From positions 172,670,001 to 172,734,000 of the forward strand of contig OZ024741.1 of assembly GCA_964016885.1 (NCBI GenBank): 64,000 nucleotides of DNA. The letters are read 5' to 3'. Made by a program: the position numbers and the translations under genes. Origin of the DNA: Eledone cirrhosa (taxonomy: Eukaryota). The stretch's first letter is position 1; every line of letters starts with the position of its first letter. Below are positions 50,266-64,000 of the stretch, piece by piece. The notes beneath the pieces were generated by a model that worked only from the letters and a program-made list of their open reading frames with translations, was not told the origin of the DNA and made no database searches.

Positions 50266-50331
50266 TATTTTGTCTGAAGAAGGCATAACATATAGTTAAT
50301 ATGATATCCCTGAAATATATATAGTGAAATA
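50266..50331 (+). ncRNA. Minimal type I hammerhead ribozyme (family B)
   Basis: Mirror copy of 49652-49717. Confidence 0.75.
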
Positions 50332-50558
50332 AATTTTATAAATATAATTTCCATTTATTTAATATCGTATATATATATATATATTTAGAATAATAATTAT
50401 ATATATATATATATATAGTTTATTAGAAAGTGAGGTTTTTTTACAAAATGAAAAAAAACGAGGTGTCCTACACGAGTGAAAGTATAAGGAAAAAAGATGA
50501 AATCGAAAATGTAACTGGAGTCTTTGGAGGGTTTGTGGTTTCCTCCATCTCAATTCTA

Positions 50559-50594
50559 CTTTTGAAAAGCAGAAGAACTGCGAAACCAGTAAAG
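50559..50594 (+). ncRNA. Minimal hammerhead, U3:A8 core variant
   Basis: ctt TTGAAAA gcag aagaa ctgc GAAA ccag TA aag. Confidence 0.5.
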
Positions 50595-51144
50595 GAACCA
50601 AATAAATATATATTTAAAAAAAAAAGACTCCAGTTGCATTTTCGATTTCATCTTTTTTCCTTATATATATATATATTAGAAAGTGAGGTTTTTTACAAAA
50701 TGAAAAATAACCGAGGTGTCCTACACGAGTGAAAATATAAAGAAAAAAAGATGAAATCGAAAATGCAGCTGGAGTCTTATTTTTCAAAATATATATATAT
50801 TTATTTGGTTCCTTTACCGGTTTCGCAGTTCTTCTGCTTCTAGACTCACCTGATCAACGAAACAATTGTCAGTACTTTAAATAAAGCCCCTTATTGTACA
50901 GCCAACCATGTTACTCTTCATTCTTTAACTATTATTACTCCAAGTATAACCTGCATAGAAATTACCGCGAACTCGCTGCATAAATATGGAAGCATCTTGT
51001 TGAGTCAAACAAAGCTGTACGTTAAAACTATCCACGTCGCAGAGTACTCACAACCTCTAACTGGATTACCTATAACGATAACTTGTTATCCCATATACCC
51101 AACTTCCACTAGGTTGAGCAACAACCTTAACGCACAGCACTAAC

Positions 51145-53420
51145 ATGGAAAAGCACCACATAGGCATGTCACTGAAAAACATACCTATACCTACAAACAA
51201 GGACTATACATTCGGGATGATACAGCGTACTAATGATTTTATCCGTCGAATCCGATGGAAGGCCTACCATTACGACAAAGGACACGCTAATAACACGGAG
51301 GAATTTACTAGGGAAAAATACGGATTCAAATCCTGCAAAAATCCACCAAATAACCCCCAGCTCGATGCCTTTGAACTCGACCTCATGAACATGATAAGTG
51401 GAACTAAATTCAAAAAATGGGCACATCACAACAAATTGCAAAACGACATCAATGCGCTACTAAAAAAACTACGCAACACCAACGGTATTATAGTAAAAGC
51501 AGACAAAACATCAAACGTATATACCATGAGCCTCAATGCATACAATAATTTTATACGCGGGAATTGCACAAAAAATACAAAAAAAAAACAACAGAATCTG
51601 CACTCACTAGCATTAATAAAGAAGGACTTAGCATAGTAAAAAAAACTGAAAATATCTGATAGAACCTAGTCTCTAACCCCTTGTAACCCCCACATTTAAC
51701 CTAAAGGATCACAAAAGTAATTTCGAAATAGACCCCACAATTAGATTAATATGCCCATCTAAGTCGGATATCGGTAGAATTAGCAAATATATACTAGATA
51801 TAGTAATCGCACAAATTAAGGAGTAAACTAATAATTAAGTTATGGGGTAACTCTAACGAAGCAATAGACTGGTTCAGCAAAATAAACAGTAGAGAAACAT
51901 CTAACTTCGTACAGTTCAACATTAATGACTACTACTCATCCATATCCCCAGTCACCCTGGGTAAAGCGCTAACCTTTGCCCAGAAAAATTCGGACCTTAC
52001 CTCAGACGAAATTAAAATAATACTAGCTGCTAGAAGGACTATCATTAGATTCGAAAATAGTTACTGGGAACGTAAAATCAGACAGAATAGCTTCGATATC
52101 ACAATGGGATCTAATGACTCAGCGCAGGTAACGGACTTGGTGGGAATATATAACGTACAACTTACATAAGGAATTCAATAACACTCCTTCTAGCCAAAAA
52201 CTTAAATAATCAAAACATGGAAAAATTACGAAAAAACATTAGCGTATTCTTCAACAAACTAGGCCTAAGTATCACTTTCGAACTTAACTCTAAAAAAGCA
52301 AATTTCTTAGATGTAACACTCAACCTAAACACAGAATTAATAGAGCCCTTCCATAAGAATAACGAGAATCTAGCCTACACTAGTTATAACTCAAACCACC
52401 CCCGATCCATAATTGACTCCATAGCACATAGTATATCCCTCAGAATATCCCACCTAGAACTTTTTAACGAACACGCGAACTATTATAATATAGCTTTACA
52501 TAAGGCTGGACATAAGGAGAAGATGGAATATATACTAGATAAAGACAACAACAATAAACCTAACGACAACAACACTACCCGCTCATATAGAAATAACAAG
52601 CATAGGACTAAGCATAGAACAAGCACCAAAAATGGACAGAACAATAATATAAGGACCCCCCAAAACTATAGAAGATCCAGAAATAGAAAGTACCTATGGT
52701 TCAACCCAATATTCAACTTCTCTATAAAAACTAAACTACCTTCTACATTCTTTAAACTAATAGATAAGCACTTCGCTACACTACACAAATACTATACAAT
52801 CTTTAATAGAAAAACTATGAAACTTTCCTACTCTACTGCAGCCAACATAGAATCGCACATACGTAAAATTAACCACAAAAATATCTCTAAAGAAATTAAC
52901 CTACCAACATGCACCATAGCACCTAATACGAAACGCAAACATAACAACGTCACAACCATAAACGTATCACAACAAAACATTAATAGGCCTAAATCACAAC
53001 TCACTCAAAACAACTTACAAAACCGCAACGATGAACCTGCACACAGTAAAACCTCAAATTGTAATTTCCACCTACCGGATAAGTGTACACTACGGAATAG
53101 ATGCCTGGAGTCGAGTATGGTATACCTGTGTGCTGTAAATTCAGGCAACTCTACTTGGCACTACATAGGTTCCACGGCTGGGGAGTTCAAGAAAAGGTGG
53201 TACGTCCTGAGATACTCCATGAACCGTAGACTGGAGAACTCTACGACGCTCGCCAATAAAATTTGGCAGCTTAAAGTCATAACCTAGAATATAAGATTGG
53301 CTGGTCAAAATTATCGGTAGCAAGAGCCTACAGCAACGGAATGTCCCACTGTGGGCTTTGTAATTTAGAACTACTACATATGAAACTAGTTCATCGTTCC
53401 TTAGTCAGTGTTGAACAAAA
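51145..53420 (+). pseudogene. Penelope-like element RT + GIY-YIG ORF, probably Naiad-type, with frameshifts and deletions
   Basis: SLKNIPIP...RRIRWKA N-terminus, NFLDVTLNL, WFNP, Cx(F)x5Cx5C linker, MVY...YIGST...FKKRW GIY-YIG. Confidence 0.85.
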
Positions 53421-53517
53421 GGGCAACGATGGTTGCCGAACACTATACGGCTACTAATTCGGGTTGTTTGTTTACATACAAACCCAACATTATAATAAAT
53501 GTTCGGTAAACCCATAC

Positions 53518-53641
<124 letters not shown>

Positions 53642-54233
53642 ATGTATGTATGTATATACATACTAGTTTACGTCTGTATCCATATATGTTACGTATACAT
53701 ACTTATATTTAAGTATCAGCCGTACTAAGATTGAGAAAATGGAATTTCATTTTTTCCATTTATATATATATATGTATATACGTCACAGTTCTTAGCCATT
53801 TTGAATTCGTTTCTGGCGGGGATCATTTAAGAAACATTTTTGTCCAATTGAGTTTGTTTCCTGATGATTTCGAAACTCGTGAATTTATCCTTGATCGGAT
53901 ATTTCCAAAAAGCGAATGAAATTTCATGAGGTAGAGACATAATTTTGGTATGCTTATATACATTTTTTCCTCTAACTTTTATTTTGTACCTAATTGTGTA
54001 TGGAATGGCTATATATCTACTCGATTTCCATGGGCTATTAGAAATACTGAGTAAATATTCTGTGGCTGTTGATCGCGAATAAAATGGCTATCGTTTATTT
54101 ATCTATTATTTCTTCATAGGTGCCTTTTAATCTTATAGCCTTGTTTAATTGATTTTTTGTGTGGTTGGTTATGCTGATTGGGAGAGGAAATACTGTATAT
54201 ATTTTATCAAATGATTCTATGGTCGTACTTTCT

Positions 54234-54289
<56 letters not shown>

Positions 54290-54297
54290 TATATATA

Positions 54298-54718
54298 TAT
54301 TGTTATACTTGGGGAGGGTCATATTTGTGTAATATTGCCAGAATTAATAACAGAACACACTCACTGTTTGGTTGGTTTTCGCTTCTCGCTTCTGAATAAA
54401 TACAATACAACAGGAGGAAACGATAGCACCACTGACGATGTTGCAGATGTGCAACGAAAGATTTATGATAAACTATATATATGTGTTTGTGTCTATATTG
54501 TATCTGTATTATTTTTGACCGTCGGTCAGTCAATGGCAACATTGAGGACCGAGTAAGTTAGATTACCGATATAAAAGACACAGAAGCGAGAAGCGAAAAC
54601 CAACCAAACAGTGAGTGTGTTCTGTTATTAATTCTGGAAATATTACACAAATATGACTCTCCCCAAGTATAACAATATTTGTTTCGACACACGATTTCAT
54701 ATAAAAAACCTCGCAAAA

Positions 54719-54721
<3 letters not shown>
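54298..54721 (+). mobile_element. Small PLE-like fold-back element: ~95-bp inverted arms (54298-54394 / 54581-54678) around a degenerate hammerhead (54428-54469), flanked by (TA)n
   Basis: Arms directly visible. Core reads CTGACGA t gttgca gatg tgcaac GAAA gatt TA. Confidence 0.65.
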
Positions 54722-54810
<89 letters not shown>

Positions 54811-56039
54811 TACATTAAGTATATATATATATATATGCATAAATGCATACATACATGAACACATGCATTCATAAATGCATAGGTGCGTGTATACATACAT
54901 GTATATATGTACGAATTTATGCATGTGTGTGTGTTTTTTTCTGTCTGCCTATGTGTATGCATGTATGTATGTATGTATGCATGTATGTATCTGCACCAAA
55001 TTCCAGATATTACTTAACTGTCCAGATTGACTAAATATTAGATCGTGTTTAGAATTCCCTTTCTTGAGCTTCTAGTATAATCTGTTCTACTTCTTCTTTT
55101 TATTGGTAATCACTTAACTATTAGATGTTGCGGCTCGGCTGAATAACTATTTCACAGTTTTCGCCCTTTCACCGCCATTGCCGCATCCTCAGCTACCGTT
55201 ACCTAGCCAAGACTTTATCTGTGAATTACAAACGAATTCAAAACAAATAATTAGAAACTAATTAGTGAAAAGCAATCGTTACGGACCGGAGAAAATTGCT
55301 TTACTAGCGATAAAAGCAGACCCCGCGGGAGGTTAGATTTATGAGGAATCAGACGAAAGAAAATTTCTGACGTACTTTCACTTTCGCTTTAATTCTTATG
55401 TATTTTTTGCGTTGTGACTGTTTATTGTTTTATTTTACTGTTTTGTTTTCCTCTTGCGATCTGTGGTGAAATAGCAGTCAAATGTCTCCGTCAATATGGT
55501 AGGAAAAGGGAGAAAAGTTGAAGGAGTAGTGGAGAGAAGAGTACTGGGTAGATCATTTGTGGCGGAGGTGTTAAGAGACTGAGACTGAGTAAAAGAGAGA
55601 GAAAGAAAGAATAACAGAGTCGGAGAGAGATAGAGGAGGGGAAAGAGATATAATGAGAGAAGGAGAGGAAAGATGGGGAGAGAAAGAGAGAGAAGGAGAG
55701 AGAAATGTATTGAGTGAGATTGCGTTAAGCATAGCAAAGGGAATAAAAAGAGAAACAAAGGGGTTAGAATAACATAAGAGAAAATGTGGGATGAAAGTGG
55801 GAGTAAGTTAAGGAGTAGCTGTATGGATATTAGATGATGTGGTGATAAGAATATCAGGGAAAATAGTCGAAATATGTTAAACGATCTGGACATTTCAGTT
55901 AGGAAGCAGTCAAGAACCAAGTGGACAAAGATCCCTCACTGCATCTCTCCTGTGCCCTACATAGACAAGACTTTCCATAAAATCCTTGCTGTACCAAAAC
56001 GTGCTGTCTTCTGCATGACCTGTAATTTTACTGCGGAAG

Positions 56040-56305
56040 CTGGAGCCGTTATAGAGCATACCACTCTAACTGGGTCATGGAAAGATTGTGTCCGCATATG
56101 CAGACGACATCACCGTGATGATATCGGCACCTTCTTAGAAGGATATGAAAGATTAACAGGACAAAATAGAACAAGAAAAAGTTGAAGGTTTTGCAACTCG
56201 GTATCTGGAGAGGCAAAACCATGCTGTTCAACATCGTTGTCTGACGCTGGATGGACGGACCAGTGAAGTTACTCGGGGTCTGTTTCGGACCAGACCTGCA
56301 GATAA
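56040..56305 (+). mobile_element. Decayed Tx1 RT fragment
   Basis: SAYADDITV...LQLGIWRG...DGPVKLLGVCFGPDLQ. Confidence 0.8.
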
Positions 56306-56312
56306 ATAAACC

Positions 56313-58105
56313 AGAGGTGTGTAAGACACAGTTTCCTCTCTCTCCACAGATCCTACAGAAAGTGCTTGTCTCCTCTTTTTAATCAGGTCCATGTCTGTGG
56401 ATCTCTGAATTCCGTTTTCTTAAAAAGAGGTACTATGAAAGGATTTTTCATGGAGGTTGCTCTTCCTGTTTGTTTTTATTTACTTCTTGGACATCCCCTG
56501 ATCTATTGTCTTCTCCTTCAGTACAACTTTGAGCATTTACTCCCTACTCTCAGACACATATTTTTGCAGGCTGCTTTTCTCCATCTGAACACAGTCCTCT
56601 GTGCTGATTACACCTCTTCCACCTTCATATCTCTTTAAGTAGAGGCTATCAACATCACTCCTCTTGTGATACATGCTGTAGGTGGTCATTCGCTTCCTGG
56701 TCTTTCTATCCATTTCTTTTTGTTCGGTAACATTCCATTTCAGAATTCCCACACTGTACCTAATAATAGACACAGCTCGGGAATTTACTGCACTTATGAC
56801 ATTTCTACAATTTAGATGTGATTTTAGTATGTTTCTTACTCTCCTTATGTATTTAGATCTTATCAATTCCTTCATTTTATTATCCTTGATGCCATCTGCC
56901 TCCAGAACATCCAAATATGTGTATCCCTCTTCAGTGTCGATTTCCTTTATCATCTCAACTGTTGGTACCTGGATTCTGTTGCTTCTGTTCAATTTACCCC
57001 TGTTCATCACTAGGACTCTTCACTTATTAATACCAAATTCCATACAAATAGCATTGCTGAAAACACGGACAGTGTTAATAAGTACATCCAACTCCTTCTC
57101 GCTTTTCCCTAAAAAGTTAGATCGTCCACGAGGAGGTGATGGTTGATTGTAAGCCCTCCTCTTCCCAGATTGTATCCTGCTTTCACTTTTCGTAATATGA
57201 GGGACAGGACAAACAACAAAGGGGACAAACTCTCCTTGGAAGATACCTCTCTTGATCTTCACGCCTCCTAAGGATTATCCACCTGATGTTAGCTCTGTTT
57301 CTCAGGACTTCATACTTTTACTTAATAGCTGTCTGATGTTGTCTGCCACCTTGAAGATCTCTTGGCTTTTGGTTATCCAAGATTCAGGAACCATGTCGAA
57401 TGCCTTCTTGTAATCTATCCATCCCATGGCAAGACCAGTATGCCTCCTCTTGCAATTCCTTATTACCATATTATCAATAAGAACTGGTCCTTTGTACCAC
57501 GGGACTTCTTCGGCATCCTTTCTGTTCGTCCGGCAATAAGTTGTTTATGTGGAAGTGATAGTAGATTTCTTCAGACACAATGCTTGTTAGCAGTTTCCAC
57601 AGTACGGACAGACTTGTGATAGGTCTATAATTGGTAACCTCATTACCCTTGATTCGGTCTTTCGTATCATTATTATTATTATAGCCCTTGGTCAGCAAGG
57701 CAAGGAGGTCATCCTAAGCCAACGATCCCAAAGCATCGTCATGCGTAGAGCCTACCAGATCCACCAGTGCCCTCCATCGCTGGAGGTCCCGTGCCAGCTC
57801 CTATGCATCATGGCTGTCAGTTTTGGGTGGAGGGGTGTTATATTTTTTATCCAATATCCTTGCACACCATCTAGGCCTGGTGATTTCCAGTTGGTTAGTT
57901 TATTGGCCTGCTTTTTAAGAGTTTCAACTGCGATACTCAAATCAGGTTGTTGGTGTGCTTGTTCACTAATCTCCTTTTTAACTGTCCCAATCCACACTGC
58001 CTGACTATTATGTTCAACATTCTGCTCCCATATTCCTCTCCGAAATGTCTTTGTCTGTTCAGCTTCAAGGATCACGTCGTTACCTCTTTTCTTTCTTTCC
58101 CTTCA
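56313..58105 (-). mobile_element. Decayed, internally deleted second R4/Dong-like copy
   Basis: ORF pieces 57752-58075, 57474-57698, 57020-57262 and 56537-57010 align with the 1130-aa ORF. Confidence 0.9.
57668..57808 (-). mobile_element. Short LINE 3'-end fragment (RTE-like) with TAA tail inserted in the decayed Dong copy
   Basis: Non-Dong sequence ending in (TAA)n replaces part of the RT region. Confidence 0.45.
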
Positions 58106-58109
58106 AGCT

Positions 58110-58229
58110 ATTCCTTACATCCTTATGGAGTCGATAAAATAAAGTACCTGTAACCCACTGTGGTTGATTTAATCGACTTTCCTCTCCCCCAAAATCGCTG
58201 ATCTTGTGCCTAAGGTAAAAACAATTATT
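58110..58229 (+). mobile_element. 3' half of the tRNA-derived SINE
   Basis: CATCC..GTCGATAAAATAAAGTACC...TTAATCGACTT...CTTGTGCC matches the copies at 20068-20697. Confidence 0.75.
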
Positions 58230-58854
58230 TCAACTGTTATAATTTCATTCGTATCTAGAATGGATTATACGAATACTAAATTGACTGACACATCATTTTC
58301 CCGACCACCAGAGGGATGAAAATCAAAGTTTACTGCAGCTATATTTAAACCCTGAATGTAAGGAGCAGAAACGCAAGTATGCAACATCACGTTGTTATTA
58401 AATTGAGCACGTTCCAACTCACATGTGAAAGTATGCAAATGTAATCAAAATAGGACGTATCTAGACTCACATGTGTCGTCGAAACAAAGCGTATTCAGGC
58501 TCGAATATTTAGTCAAAACACATTCATAAGTGTAGGCAAAATAGAACATATCTAGGCACGCATATGTGGTCAAAAAGGGTAACAAATGTTTAATTTAATC
58601 TGTAAATATCATAAATTTAAGAGGAATCTATTCTTACTTCAGATAATGTTCCGGTATGTGTGCATGCCACTAGCGGAATGAGGGCTAGATATATCAGATA
58701 GTATTGACCTCTACATTTGATTGGGTTGGGACTGTGGGTGAATTAGGGCTCAAGTTCTTTATTTTTGACTGATATAATATAAATTATATATACACATGGA
58801 TATGCTAGTAGCCTATACATAAACCATTTAGGTTTTTATTGGGGGGGGGGGATC

Positions 58855-59366
58855 GTGTGACGCTAAACTCCGCCAGTTGCAGACTGCGCATCAACATGAG
58901 ATATTCTTCTCCCCAAAGTTCGATCACCAGCAGCAAAGAGCAAAGATCAAGTCCAGTTCATAAATTGACATTATCAAGCCATTGTTTTGGCTGCCGGCCT
59001 CTGCTTCTCCTACCAGCCAACCTTCCTTCCAAGCACACCACAAGTTAATCTTTTTATATGACCGTATAGTTTGAGTACTCTTGATTTGACAATTGATGTA
59101 ATTGGTCTAAGTTTGGTAATGCTGAGCAGCTCACTGATACAGATACAGTCGCTGAGCCGCTTGCCAGCCATAAGTCTCATGATGTGGTTCTGGAATGTAG
59201 AGAGCATCTGAAGTGACCTTGTAGTCCAATTAACACAGTCAAGACCATATAACACAACTGGTAGGATGTAAGTATCAAAGATCTTAGGCTTTAAATGATG
59301 GGAAACTCCTTTTGATGTCAGTACTTCCTTGTTCTTGTTGAAAGCTGCCCAACCTAGAGCGATTTG
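58855..59366 (-). mobile_element. RTE-clade LINE 3' fragment
   Basis: IALGWAAFNK...KIFDTYILPVVLYG...LKLYGHIKR, then GRQPKQWLD. Confidence 0.75.
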
Positions 59367-60273
59367 TATTAAACCATTTGTATTAAACCATTTGTATTAA
59401 ACACTAATTAATAGAATAATTAACATGGAGTTTTTAATCGGGCTTACATTTTCCATCTGCCTTTGGCTTATTAACAATTCGGTGAGGTGGCGGGCTATCT
59501 TTTATATCTGATCTAGACCTAATACTAGCTATATATGGAATGTTACTGGCATATATGTAGTACAAAATCACCAGACATTGGTGTGTCACGGAACACACGG
59601 ATAAGAAGAAAACAAAGAACTCTTCATGCCCACAAAACAAAACACACAACACACAACACAGCACACTACACACAGTAAAGCAAATAAATTTGCGAGACAT
59701 TTCTAGTTTGAAATATTTTCATTTTATGAACTTTTACTTCTTTCGATATCAGTTTGTTTTAGCTGCTACGGTCAGGGCCATATTAGAACATCGTCTTCAG
59801 ATAATAATTCTAATAATTATTATATATGTTTTTCATTATTACGCTTCAAATCTTATTTTCTTTCGGTTTTACAGCAGGAGATTGCTTTTAACTTTTACGT
59901 AGAATCCATAAATGCGTCCAACCTCTTTGAAGTATCTTTATCGATATTATTTTAACGTTCTCCTCTTTAGTTTTACTTTTTGTTATTTTTTTTTCTTGTG
60001 TTATTAGTGATTTCTTCTCTCTGGTTGTCTACTCATTGCCGTTATCATTATTGTGACATTTATAATGACCCATCGTCAACTTAACACACCATCATAATTG
60101 GATTAATCGTTGAAATATCTCAGAATTTTTTCAGTTTGTTTGATTTTTTCTTTTGTTTTTTTTTTTTTGATTTTTTTTTTGTTTTGCTTTTTTTCGAAAA
60201 ACGCAAGTAGCATTTAAAATGGAATAGACGCACGCACTCAAACTCATACACCCGCACACAGACACTCCTGCAC

Positions 60274-60729
<456 letters not shown>

Positions 60730-60733
<4 letters not shown>

Positions 60734-60911
60734 ATGTTTAACCCCGACGGCAGAGCTCAACCCGTTTCGACGGCTATTTCTGGACAGAAATAGACGTCGA
60801 AACGGCTTGAGTTCTGCCGTCGGGGTTTAAACATTTTCCTATTACCCGCTCTACTACCCTAAGTATAATACGGTACGTTATGGTCCATCTGGTTCCTTAC
60901 CACACTTCCTT

Positions 60912-60916
<5 letters not shown>
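60730..60916 (+). mobile_element. Short fold-back repeat, copy 2
   Basis: Palindrome 60730-60838 plus a tail homologous to 42070-42148. Confidence 0.8.
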
Positions 60917-60950
<34 letters not shown>

Positions 60951-61077
60951 AAAGTTCTATTTAAATTGTTGGGATACAGCAAGCAAATATTTTTATAACT
61001 GATATAAAGCACTCAACAAATATTTGGAGTAAAAATACGATATTAACAAATGGAAACTATATTTATAAAACCATATT

Positions 61078-61142
61078 TATTTCATTATACATATTTCAAG
61101 GACACCAAGTTAAATTATGGTGTGCTTTCATCAGATAAAATA
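61078..61142 (-). ncRNA. Minimal type I hammerhead ribozyme (family B)
   Basis: tattttat CTGATGA aagcacacca..tggtgtcctt GAAA tatgta TA atgaaata. Confidence 0.8.
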
Positions 61143-61325
61143 TAATATAAATCAGTTTTATAAATAAATATTGACATACCCTTAAAAAATGCAACCATTA
61201 CTGTTGGAAGCTCCCGGATAGTTGGGTTGTTATAACAACCCAACCAGGAAACTGGGCATATCAGAGTATTGACAAAGTTATACACCTCAACAACATGTGT
61301 ACTCGTCTCTACCACACTAATTCGG

Positions 61326-61380
61326 ACTGCCTGAAGAGGTCACAGCCAAAGATGGCTGTCACCGAAATATATATAGCAGT
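61326..61380 (+). ncRNA. Minimal type I hammerhead ribozyme (family A)
   Basis: actgc CTGAAGA ggtcacagcca aaga tggctgtcacc GAAA tatata TA gcagt. Confidence 0.85.
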
Positions 61381-61542
61381 AATAAACGAAGCCAAATTTT
61401 AAACTTATGTATTTTATTTTATACATTACTCCGGAGTAACCAACCTGCGCACTCCTTCGAGTGCTCCAATCTGCATACTCAGCTGTTGGTATACAACCAA
61501 CATATACTCAAAATATATATATATATTTATATATATATATAT

Positions 61543-61849
<307 letters not shown>

Positions 61850-62204
61850 AGTAAACAGAGAAAAAAGAATAAAAGAGGAACTGTGTTTAGTCGCTTCAAT
61901 TATAATTATCAGTGGCTGATGCAAAAAGAATGCTTTTTTCTAGATTTTCCTTTTATACTTAGTAACTATATTTTACAGTTATTTCTATGGACCCGGCATC
62001 ATTATAGGATTCTTTGTTAAAAGGGAATACAATATATAGACTCATTTACTCCTGTTCATTAGTCCATTATCATACATACTCACTATATATATATATACAT
62101 AAACTGGCTGCAAAATATGAAAGCAATCGGAAGTGAAATGAATTGACTTCAGAGCATTACCTTATCTGATATCACGACGCCAAAGCAAACATATGGACAT
62201 TGCA

Positions 62205-62651
<447 letters not shown>

Positions 62652-62690
62652 GATATAAACAAATGGAAACTATATTTATAAAACCATATT

Positions 62691-62755
62691 TATTTCATTA
62701 TACATATTTCAAGGACACCAAGTTAAATGATGGTGTGCTTTCATCAGATAAAATA
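62691..62755 (-). ncRNA. Minimal type I hammerhead ribozyme (family B) within a near-identical duplicate (62651-62832) of 61038-61220
   Basis: Same core and stems as 61078-61142. Confidence 0.8.
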
Positions 62756-62830
62756 TAATATAGATCAGTTTTATAAATAAATATTGACATACCCTTAAAA
62801 AATGCAACCATTACTGTTGGAAGCTCCCGG

Positions 62831-62877
<47 letters not shown>

Positions 62878-63086
62878 TGTATATATATATACACACACAT
62901 ATATATATATATATATATAAATTCCTCTGTTCGATTTTCCAGAACCCTAACTTGTATACACCACAAGCGGATTTTGTTGATTTCGGATTTACAGAAACCT
63001 CACTTGGTTATTTAGTAATTTACAAGTGTTGATCCAGGTATGTTATATATACAGATATGTGCATATATTATGTATATTTTTATATG

Positions 63087-63117
<31 letters not shown>

Positions 63118-64000
63118 ATGTATGTGTGTGTGATTTCCTTTTCTCACTAGTCAGTTCTTTCGTCGCTACAGATCACGCGGCTAAATTAGAGGTCGCTATT
63201 TTCAATTTGCAAAGCCCTTTAAACTGTATGTTATTACTCTGAGGTCTATTCCTTGTCGAGTGCTTGGCTGCACTGCTGAAGGCATTTGTTGGCTTAGCTG
63301 CTGATCGAACTTCGAATATGCTGTACTATTGTATATATATATATATATATATAATAGCACAGCATATTCGAAGTTCGGAAATATAAATAACATAGCTGTC
63401 ATTGACAGATTTGGTTGTGAGTTTTCCCTTCTATATATATCTATATATTCTACAGAAATGTACACTCACTATAATAAACCCACCTATTATTATAATAATA
63501 TATGCTCATTCTGCCATATGTGATTCTGGAAGCAGAGTTTCCTATATACACTTTTTCTCTATATGTAACGGGATAGCCATCACGATTTGTATTTGCTGTG
63601 GTACAGTTGTATGCGGTGCGGTACATTGGTTGAACGCCAACTTGGACATACAGTGAATTTCACCTGGCACGTTGGATTGAGCGACCGAACGTGAGGATTT
63701 GGGGGAATGCCAGTTACTGCGGACCTGGCGTGTTTTCAATTTCCTCACATCTGTGCCGGCTGTATATGTACCATACATTTCTTTAACTCGTCGTACTTTC
63801 TTTTATTTTTTATTTTAGATTTTAGGTGTATATCCCAGACCGCCTATAGTGATAAATCCCCTGGGTATAGGTTTGGGAAAAATAGGGTTATCTCACTTAA
63901 CGTTCGGAACTGGGACATATCGATGCGGTTCGTAGAGTGCGGGTATGATAAGGAGAATCGACCTGTTACAAGGCGATATAATTGGAGTACACCATCCCTC

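Larger units (their letters stand above)
49608..50370. repeat. Near-perfect palindrome, ~360-bp arms and ~40-bp spacer (PLE pseudo-LTR fold-back)
   Basis: The same ORF appears on both strands (49761-49976 minus and 50031-50222 plus). One hammerhead per arm. Confidence 0.93.

Noticed and set aside
53780-54235. Possible decayed PLE or other coding fragment
   Set aside because: I could not recover any diagnostic motif.
63530-64000. Possible host exon after a T-rich tract ending TTTTAG at ~63825
   Set aside because: No recognisable protein and nothing else in the window supports a gene. Needs RNA-seq.

Overview
Eukaryotic (animal) repeat-dense DNA with no recognisable host gene. The SINE type and microsatellite style suggest an octopod cephalopod (inference). 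Main contents: (1) 1-17.1 kb, a head-to-tail minus-strand array of six Tx1/L1-clade non-LTR retrotransposon insertions separated by (GATA)n. (2) 17.4-30.3 kb, a G/T-skewed block of microsatellites, tRNA-derived SINEs, a 33-bp minisatellite and a ~7.3-kb 43-bp satellite. (3) 32-38.4 kb, a second Tx1 array delimited by (AAT)n. (4) 38.4-64 kb, Penelope-like element (PLE) fragments with at least nine well-formed minimal hammerhead ribozymes plus variants, many fold-back palindromes anchored in (TA)n, an intact 1130-aa R4/Dong-like RT+RLE element nested in a non-autonomous Helitron, and decayed Dong/RTE pieces. The most novel-looking signal is in the Tx1 elements: ORF2 is bracketed by a 5' splice donor overlapping the ORF1 stop (AG|GTAAGT) and a 3' acceptor at the ORF2 stop (YTRTAG|GT). 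In three copies the predicted junction recreates the ORF1 stop codon, so ORF2 looks built as a removable intron. Coordinates were read by eye and family assignments come from motif recognition, not database searches.
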